43,793 bases of DNA. Origin: Octopus bimaculoides. Lineage: Eukaryota. Of this stretch, positions 35,316 through 43,793 are shown piece by piece. Below the pieces are notes generated by a model. It was not told the origin of the DNA. It did no database searches and worked only from the letters and a program-made list of their open reading frames with translations. The stretch covers positions 91,377,414 through 91,421,206 of the forward strand of contig NC_068981.1 in NCBI RefSeq assembly GCF_001194135.2, in the 5' to 3' direction. Within the stretch, counting starts at the first letter, position 1. Every line of letters begins with the position of its first letter. Both the position numbers and the translations under genes were made by a program.

Positions 35316-35516
35316 TCCATAGATAAAGTTGTGTCTCATTAAAGATTTTGAGTGTCGGCTGCCATGTTGTTATAGACAGGCATACAACAACATGGCAGCC
35401 GAGACTCAAAATATTTAGTGAGACACAACTTTATCAATGGATGTATCTGATGAGACCCAAACTGCAAAATAGATCCAACACTTGTTGAACAGAGCCGAAC
35501 ACATAAAGGAAAATAG
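35241..35516. repeat. near-perfect 276-bp palindrome (arms ~131 bp, loop ~8-14 nt)
   Basis: 35241-35371 matches the reverse complement of 35386-35516, with about 7 mismatches by manual count. Confidence 0.95.
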
Positions 35517-35780
35517 TCTCGCAGAAAATACAGAACTCCAGTGATGTTGCACACCTGCAGCAGGAATTGGACTCAGTTTACAGATGGGCTGAGGACAATA
35601 ATATGCAGTCTAATGCTGAAAAATTCCAAGCCCTGCGCTACCAACGTCCAAAACTGAATATGAAACTTACAGAGTACACTGGTCCACAGGGAATTTCAAT
35701 CCCAGAGCCTAAATCAGTGAGAGACCTGGGTATCGACATGAGTGATGATACCTCTTTCCAAGTGCACATTACCAGAATGG
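35517..35780 (+). mobile_element. 5'-truncated CR1/L2-group LINE RT C-terminal fragment running into gap
   Basis: Encodes SQKIQNSSDVAHLQQELDSVYRWAEDNNMQSNAEKFQALRY..SVRDLGIDMSDDTSFQVHI (W...N.M.FN..K and RDLG motifs). Confidence 0.9.
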
Positions 35781-36764
35781 NNNNNNNNNNNNNNNNNNNN
35801 NNNNNNNNNNNNNNNNNNNNNNNNNNNNNNNNNNNNNNNNNNNNNNNNNNNNNNNNNNNNNNNNNNNNNNNNNNNNNNNNNNNNNNNNNNNNNNNNNNNN
35901 NNNNNNNNNNNNNNNNNNNNNNNNNNNNNNNNNNNNNNNNNNNNNNNNNNNNNNNNNNNNNNNNNNNNNNNNNNNNNNNNNNNNNNNNNNNNNNNNNNNN
36001 NNNNNNNNNNNNNNNNNNNNNNNNNNNNNNNNNNNNNNNNNNNNNNNNNNNNNNNNNNNNNNNNNNNNNNNNNNNNNNNNNNNNNNNNNNNNNNNNNNNN
36101 NNNNNNNNNNNNNNNNNNNNNNNNNNNNNNNNNNNNNNNNNNNNNNNNNNNNNNNNNNNNNNNNNNNNNNNNNNNNNNNNNNNNNNNNNNNNNNNNNNNN
36201 NNNNNNNNNNNNNNNNNNNNNNNNNNNNNNNNNNNNNNNNNNNNNNNNNNNNNNNNNNNNNNNNNNNNNNNNNNNNNNNNNNNNNNNNNNNNNNNNNNNN
36301 NNNNNNNNNNNNNNNNNNNNNNNNNNNNNNNNNNNNNNNNNNNNNNNNNNNNNNNNNNNNNNNNNNNNNNNNNNNNNNNNNNNNNNNNNNNNNNNNNNNN
36401 NNNNNNNNNNNNNNNNNNNNNNNNNNNNNNNNNNNNNNNNNNNNNNNNNNNNNNNNNNNNNNNNNNNNNNNNNNNNNNNNNNNNNNNNNNNNNNNNNNNN
36501 NNNNNNNNNNNNNNNNNNNNNNNNNNNNNNNNNNNNNNNNNNNNNNNNNNNNNNNNNNNNNNNNNNNNNNNNNNNNNNNNNNNNNNNNNNNNNNNNNNNN
36601 NNNNNNNNNNNNNNNNNNNNNNNNNNNNNNNNNNNNNNNNNNNNNNNNNNNNNNNNNNNNNNNNNNNNNNNNNNNNNNNNNNNNNNNNNNNNNNNNNNNN
36701 NNNNNNNNNNNNNNNNNNNNNNNNNNNNNNNNNNNNNNNNNNNNNNNNNNNNNNNNNTATATAT

Positions 36765-37185
36765 TATCGCTGTTTGATTTATAGTCAATCACCTGTTATC
36801 TATGAGCAAGTAGTAAACACGATAAATGTTTTCCTCGGTGGTAGCAGTTGCAGGACGTCCAGACTTAGGATCATTATTAAGACTCTCCCCACTCCTCCTA
36901 AATTCAGCTGCTCGCATTTGCCCTACTGATAAGTACTGGAGCGTCATCCTCTAATGTAGCAACCAAGTTAGCATGAATGTCCTTGTGGGCTAGAGCATTT
37001 TTCTCCAGATACTTGATAACTGCACGATGCCATATTTTGTTAATTTTCAGAAGAAGTGCCTACTAGTCACATTTGAAGTTTTCTCTGGACAACCTGATTT
37101 TAGTTTACCTGGAAAGAAATAATGCAGTTGTTAAAAAGAAGATATGAAATTAATGCATCATGAACTTTTTCAGCCCACACTCGTA
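36765..37185 (-). mobile_element. mariner relic: left TIR + transposase N-terminal HTH
   Basis: TA+CGAGTGTGGGCTGAAAAAGTTC begins at 37185. Peptides include HRAVIKYLEK..KDIHANLVATL and SLNNDPKSGRPATATTEENI. Confidence 0.85.
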
Positions 37186-37459
37186 TTCATAGTACGTATA
37201 TGCATTCATGCATCGTATACATACATATGCAAAGAGCCAAAAAAGGGGAAAATTCCACACGAATAAATATTAGTTACAGAAAAACTGGTTCAACATATAT
37301 ATCATTGATTTCATAGTTGTCTGAGTGTATAATGTATCTCCTCACGTAATTATTAAGACATCAATGAAATTTTTACGCCTGGGAATTTGAATAAATTTAT
37401 TGGAATTTAACATACTTTCAGAGATATTGGGGAACTGTGTCAGTGACGAGATCTCAAAA

Positions 37460-37590
37460 GTGCAAAAACTGTTTGGCAATTGATAAGAATTCTGATATTT
37501 TAATTACTCTTCCTTCTATTACGGAGGAACAGTGAACGTGAGAGATCTTTCTGTATAGTTAATTGAAAAAATGACTTTTCCACAGAAAAA
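37460..37590 (+). mobile_element. possible decayed hAT C-terminal dimerisation-domain fragment
   Basis: ILITLPSIT and ERERSF..KND in adjacent frames resemble ILLTLPVTTASAERSFS.LK.IKN. Confidence 0.4.
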
Positions 37591-38506
37591 TATGTGCGTG
37601 TATAAATGTTTGTACATATATCTATGTGAGCATGTATATACATTTATGTATGTACATATATATATATATATANNNNNNNNNNNNNNNNNNNNNNNNNNNN
37701 NNNNNNNNNNNNNNNNNNNNNNNNNNNNNNNNNNNNNNNNNNNNNNNNNNNNNNNNNNNNNNNNNNNNNNNNNNNNNNNNNNNNNNNNNNNNNNNNNNNN
37801 NNNNNNNNNNNNNNNNNNNNNNNNNNNNNNNNNNNNNNNNNNNNNNNNNNNNNNNNNNNNNNNNNNNNNNNNNNNNNNNNNNNNNNNNNNNNNNNNNNNN
37901 NNNNNNNNNNNNNNNNNNNNNNNNNNNNNNNNNNNNNNNNNNNNNNNNNNNNNNNNNNNNNNNNNNNNNNNNNNNNNNNNNNNNNNNNNNNNNNNNNNNN
38001 NNNNNNNNNNNNNNNNNNNNNNNNNNNNNNNNNNNNNNNNNNNNNNNNNNNNNNNNNNNNNNNNNNNNNNNNNNNNNNNNNNNNNNNNNNNNNNNNNNNN
38101 NNNNNNNNNNNNNNNNNNNNNNNNNNNNNNNNNNNNNNNNNNNNNNNNNNNNNNNNNNNNNNNNNNNNNNNNNNNNNNNNNNNNNNNNNNNNNNNNNNNN
38201 NNNNNNNNNNNNNNNNNNNNNNNNNNNNNNNNNNNNNNNNNNNNNNNNNNNNNNNNNNNNNNNNNNNNNNNNNNNNTATATATATATATATATACCGTTT
38301 GTTTCACATTAGTAAACCAATGCATGCACATTTACAGTAACACAACTGTAACTAATTTAGGTCAAATTTGAATTACAATGCCAATGAATCGATGCCTGAT
38401 TTTCACAGAACAGCGTTTGATGCAGAGTGACTTAGACAATAAAAAGAAAAGAGAGGGTGAGAGACAGAGGGACAGAGATAGTGACAGTATGCTAGACACA
38501 GATGTT

Positions 38507-38542
<36 letters not shown>

Positions 38543-38859
38543 GAGAGAAGCAAACAGAGACAAAGACGAAAATATAGAGTGAGAGAAGATAAGAGATAAC
38601 CAGAAAATGGATGAAAAAACGTGTCTAAATGTAAGGTATTTATGGACGAAAAGAAGAGTCGTGTGTAATGGATAAAAGAAATAAGAGATGCACATTATTG
38701 TATAACAGAACACTAGACACATTCATCCGCACAAAAGAGTGCATTTCCTGATATTCCAGCTAGTTGCACATTAAGGAATTTTGATTAACTGTGAAGTGAT
38801 TTAAGATCATTGATGGGGAGATGTAAACGCGTGAATGGATGGTTATAAAAAAAGGAATA

Positions 38860-38860
38860 C

Positions 38861-38909
<49 letters not shown>

Positions 38910-38980
38910 GTGATTAAGTGATAAATAGATAAATATATATATATATCTTGCTGGACAGACAGCAAAAAAGAGGGATCTAT

Positions 38981-39036
<56 letters not shown>
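38860..39036. repeat. (AG)n and (TATC)n microsatellites
   Basis: Direct reading. Confidence 0.95.
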
Positions 39037-39351
39037 NNNNNNNNNNNNNNNNNNNNNNNNNNNNNNNNNNNNNNNNNNNNNNNNNNNNNNNNNNNNNNNN
39101 NNNNNNNNNNNNNNNNNNNNNNNNNNNNNNNNNNNNNNNNNNNNNNNNNNNNNNNNNNNNNNNNNNNNNNNNNNNNNNNNNNNNNNNNNNNNNNNNNNNN
39201 NNNNNNNNNNNNNNNNNNNNNNNNNNNNNNNNNNNNNNNNNNNNNNNNNNNNNNNNNNNNNNNNNNNNNNNNNNNNNNNNNNNNNNNNNNNNNNNNNNNN
39301 NNNNNNNNNNNNNNNNNNNNNNNNNNNNNNNNNNNNNNNNNNNNNNNNNNN

Positions 39352-39690
39352 TGTATACGTGCACATTTGTGTGTGCGTGTGCGCTTGTGCGTGTGCGCTT
39401 GTGCGTGTGCGCTTGTGCGTGTGCTCCTGTGCATATGTAGGTGGAGATGAAGGTCACGCGTGTGTGTGCCCGTGTGTTTGTATATGTGTGCGTTTGTGTG
39501 TGTGTGTATGTGTGCGTGTCTGTGTCTGTGACCGTGTGTTTGTATATGTGTACGTGTCTCTGTGTGTGTTTGAATGTGTGTGCACACACGTGGGGATGTG
39601 TGAATGTACATCTAAGATCATATATACACTCGTATAAATACGGATGCACAAGCCAAATATATGTACATATATACAAATATAGCACCACAT
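39352..39690. repeat. degenerate (TG)n-rich tract
   Basis: Direct reading. Confidence 0.9.
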
Positions 39691-39949
39691 CTACTGCCCC
39701 TTTCTGCCTCCTCCCAACCACACGATCGATTTCCTTTTCCCCATGGTGTATTTTCTAAGTAATTGTTGTCGCTGAAGACAACAACATCAGAGTGCTATAC
39801 CTCGTGACTCTTCTCGACCAATCGTAACTAATGCCCAGTAGTAAACATTGACTCTCTTCAATCTAACTCTCATTCAGACCCCAGTGGCCAAAGACTAGCC
39901 GCACGCTTGAAACTTAGAGTACCAAGGAGTCTGATCAAATTGTTTTGAT

Positions 39950-39951
39950 CA

Positions 39952-40001
<50 letters not shown>

Positions 40002-40021
40002 ATCTTATATATATATATATA
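39950..40021. repeat. (TATC)n/(TA)n microsatellite
   Basis: Direct reading. Confidence 0.95.
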
Positions 40022-40631
40022 NNNNNNNNNNNNNNNNNNNNNNNNNNNNNNNNNNNNNNNNNNNNNNNNNNNNNNNNNNNNNNNNNNNNNNNNNNNNNNN
40101 NNNNNNNNNNNNNNNNNNNNNNNNNNNNNNNNNNNNNNNNNNNNNNNNNNNNNNNNNNNNNNNNNNNNNNNNNNNNNNNNNNNNNNNNNNNNNNNNNCAA
40201 CACTGTCTGTTTTTTATGTTTTATTTATATTCCTGCAGAACTAATGTGGGGTATAGAATATGGAATATACAATATATAATATAATATACAATATACAATA
40301 TAAAATAAAATAAAATAGAAATGGATGGCACCATGAAAGAAAGTATTGAATGTAGATGAAATATTGAGTGTTCAATATAAAGGATCAAATATATAAATAT
40401 ATAAATATAAATATATATATATAAAGGCGACTCGAGTTTCAGGGCTATTTCCCTTCGTCATGGCCGGTATGACAGACTTTAACAGACAGTCTGTGGGCTC
40501 ACAAGCTACCTGAGAGATTTCTGCCCCCAAAATTTTGGAGGTACGCGGCAACACCTCCAGCTTGCATCGCACCACCCAACAACAGCAAAAGCAACAACGG
40601 AGACTTTTTAAAAATAAAACGGTAGACTCAC

Positions 40632-40677
40632 CTCTTGCACGTAAACTCCATAGAATGGAGAATACCACCCAGAATAT
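40632..40677 (-). other. candidate exon ending in consensus donor GAG|gtgagt within a locally GC-richer patch
   Basis: The donor at 40631 is perfect. The acceptor ggtttgacag is weak, so this could be a first exon. Confidence 0.25.
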
Positions 40678-41551
40678 CTGTCAAACCAGCCCCACTCACC
40701 CTAGGTCGAAACCGATGGGAGAATCCATTATATATTTGTGTGTGTGTGTGTGTCTGTGTGTGTGTATAACATACACACACACACACGCGAAATGAGAAGG
40801 GAAGGTCTTAAGAATGTTCAATCTTTAAAAAAATCCGTTTCAAAGAAAAAATCTTTCCATCAGGCAACATATCAAAACAGATGGGTACCTAGCCCCATGA
40901 TTAATTCAATTGTTTCACTAGAAAAATTAGACTCAATGTGTCTATATACAGCCAGGTCAATTTCATTAATTATCAATCGAAATGAAAAGAAAAAAAATAA
41001 ACAAAAAATAACGGAAACATTTATGACAAACATTTTGAATCTTCTAAACAAATGTGAAATTCAATAACCACGCGAATAGCTTTCAGTAATAGACGGAAAG
41101 CTAATTTAAAATCACAAGACATCAGTTCGTCTCTCGCGATAAACCCAACTATTCAAATGAAATTTATGTTACTATATACTGGCCTTGAGGTGAAACGTTG
41201 CTACCTCTACAGTTTGAGGATTCTAGGATGATCGAAATCATGTGATCTGTTGGTCTCGGCACTGGAGGTGGTAGGGATTTTTCTCCTCCGCTAGCGGTAT
41301 AAACAACAGTCTATTTTGCATTCAAAGCCAATATGAGAGTTCCTCTTGTGGCACTACTACAATATATTTTGTTCAAACTGAAAATCCACGTTTAAGCGGG
41401 GATAAATTTGATAAACGCATAAAAAAAGTATTTTTAAAAAGTCTCTTCCACACAGAAAGTTTCTAAGTAAAAGCTTAGCCTTCTTAAAACAACAGACCAC
41501 GAAGGGGCCCCTCCGGTGTATCAATACATCTACATCATAGATTTCACTTAC

Positions 41552-41604
41552 ATAACATAATGGTAACATTATAGGAAATACAGTTAGCCAGAAAGCATTC
41601 GACA
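41552..41604 (-). other. candidate 53-nt exon
   Basis: cttaactacgcttacag|...|gtaagt; two frames are open. Confidence 0.25.
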
Positions 41605-42640
41605 CTGTAAGCGTAGTTAAGTTTCAGTGATTTAATATACCAAAAAATGATTCATATTTAGATTAATTGAGTTTGATATCAATTCATCCTTTAATATGTA
41701 GATATCTGCTTCTCAATGCACTAAGATTTGGTAAAAGTTTTACTATTATAACAATTACCGACATCTATGTAATTTTGAATGCAAGTGCCCCTGTGTTATA
41801 TTATGAAGATTTATTTTGGATCAAGAAATACAGAAACGAAACCTATGATGTGCTAGTTCATAATTTTGGCAATACATGAATATCGTACCAGCTTCGCCTA
41901 TTTCATTGCATACACTGAGATGTAAATTAGGCATAAGACTTTAAGCTGACATGTAACTATCTTGAGATGTCTTTCAAGAAATAAAGGAACATATAAAAGG
42001 GCACAATATTGATTAGGAGAGCAATCTAGAAATTACCATGTTTAGACAATTTGACATGAAGATTAAAATTAATACAAATTTAACATTAGTATTAATTAAT
42101 GAAAGTTTGCGATATAGCGTAAAATTAGTGACGGCCGGTCACTAATACAACTCATATACAATAGATTTCATAGAATTCAGTTTATGATACATTGAATCGA
42201 CGATACTGTTAAGTACGCAGGAGTTACTCATGTGATAATAAATAAAATATAAACATAGCTTGTTGTTTTCGAACCCTAATTAAGATTAATTTCTCCACAA
42301 AACATAAACACGGCTAATATTATTTAAAGTTGTCTAGGTAACACATGTACCAATATTTTTAAATCGTAACAAAACATATTCATTGCATCATCATCTGTAC
42401 GAATATGAACCAAGAGATTCAGTTTTCCTCCCACGTAGGAACATATACTGAGAAACAAAATTTCACTTCGCTCCAGAATAGATCAATTGAAGGGAAGGGC
42501 GAGAGGGACGTCCTCTATAGAATATAAAGAAGAGAAAATGAAATTTTACAATGGAAGCAGAAGTAAGTGCAAATGTACGGAATAAAAGTGTTGAATAATT
42601 TCACCTTTCTGGCCAATATCCAAAACCTGAGGGACGAAAC

Positions 42641-42694
42641 CTTTTCTTCTTGCTTATGTGCAAGGAACACATTCCAGTTCGGGTGTAATTCTTC
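42641..42694 (-). other. candidate 54-nt exon
   Basis: The acceptor tttggtcttattccgtttacag is strong. The donor AAG|gtttcg is weak; an alternative AAG|gtgaaa lies at 42604. Confidence 0.25.
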
Positions 42695-43740
42695 CTGTAA
42701 ACGGAATAAGACCAAATGACTTAGGTTAAGTTAATTTATCGACATTTCTATCACCATCTTTACATTGTTACTGTTCTCTCTAGTTTCTTTTATTTCTCTC
42801 CCATTCTTTTTCACCACTAGCAATAATTTCTCCGTATACATTGTCAGGACTATAGCAGCGTATATCACAAACTCTGCTACCAATAAAATCTACCACAATT
42901 CAACTAAATGCGCTTGGTACTTCAAATTATATTTCCTGTACCTGCAGAATTCTGCATACTCCATTCTCTAATCAACTGCATCTACACAGCTTATCCACTA
43001 CACCATCAACCTGAATTCACACGACTATGAAACAGGAACAGACGCATTTCACACGACTACAAGAGTCAAACTACAATGAGGGAAAATCCTAACGTGTGCA
43101 ATCATATCAACACCAACAGCATTTGTCGTCCTACCGTTACTGTACACTCAATAGAAACAGAGTTCAATTCTATGCCCACTTTAATTTGATTTCTATTTTT
43201 GATTTTAGATTTTGTATTGAAGTTTCCAAAGCTTGTACGCAATAATTTGAAAAAGGATATCGGAACATTTCTGAGGATAATTCCACTCAACATTTTTCAT
43301 TCGGTATTTGTATTAGGCATGATCCCCGAATGTATCATATGGCGTTATTAATAAAATACAATAGTCGATGTTAATGTTAATTGGCTCATTGACTTCTCCA
43401 ATCACGCTTTACATCGTATACAAAGAAGTGGGAGAGAATTAAAAAAACAAATGCAGAGAGTGTCAATATAAGCGTTGCAAGTTGAGTGCATATACTTAGT
43501 TTGGTGAAAGGCAATGAGTAAAGAATGCTACACACAGAGTGAAAGAGAATGTATCCCAGAGACAGAGGAGGAGATGTAGTAAATGATGGAGTTAGAGAGA
43601 GAAAAAGTGAGTGGGGAATGAAAAGGCAAGAGATCAGAAAAAGATAAAGTGTTAACATGTTGTAGGAATAACAGTTATAAAACAACATAAAGGGCGTATC
43701 AGTGAGTGGGGGAGAAATGAGAAGAGGTGAAGGAGATCGT

Positions 43741-43744
<4 letters not shown>

Positions 43745-43793
<49 letters not shown>
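43745..43793. repeat. (AG)n microsatellite
   Basis: Direct reading. Confidence 0.97.

Noticed and set aside
39774-39930. CTGAAGA...GAAAC-TTAGA-GTA possible hammerhead
   Set aside because: Stems I and II do not pair.
1877-40244. Long ORFs of 130-405 aa in the ORF track
   Set aside because: They are produced by N-runs and dinucleotide repeats (X, YIYI, CVCV, HTHT). Only the 35567-35780 part is real, and it is LINE-derived.

Overview
AT-rich, repeat-dense eukaryotic DNA, probably intronic or intergenic. It is most likely from an Octopus short-read scaffold, inferred from multiple copies of octopus-type tRNA-derived SINEs and very dense microsatellites. Nine N-gaps total about 3.56 kb (2027-2424, 16255-16315, 21440-21606, 28998-29606, 32374-32625, 35781-36757, 37673-38276, 39037-39351, 40022-40197), most of them flanked by microsatellites. 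I could not identify any intact host gene, rRNA, tRNA or CRISPR array, and nearly all long ORFs in the supplied track are gap or microsatellite artefacts. The window holds a layered record of dead mobile elements: four SINE families, Tx1/L1-like, CR1/L2-like and R4/Dong-like LINE fragments, two Penelope-like elements (PLEs) with GIY-YIG domains, four mariner relics, a hAT MITE, a fold-back MITE and a probable Helentron-type non-autonomous element. The most interesting signals are two minus-strand type I hammerhead ribozyme motifs (29607-29693 and 35213-35315). The first lies at the end of a head-to-head inverted PLE composite. The second lies inside a ~95% perfect 276-bp palindrome. A few short splice-bounded candidate exons hint at an unidentified host transcript but are low confidence. 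All calls come from reading the sequence by eye; no database searches were run.
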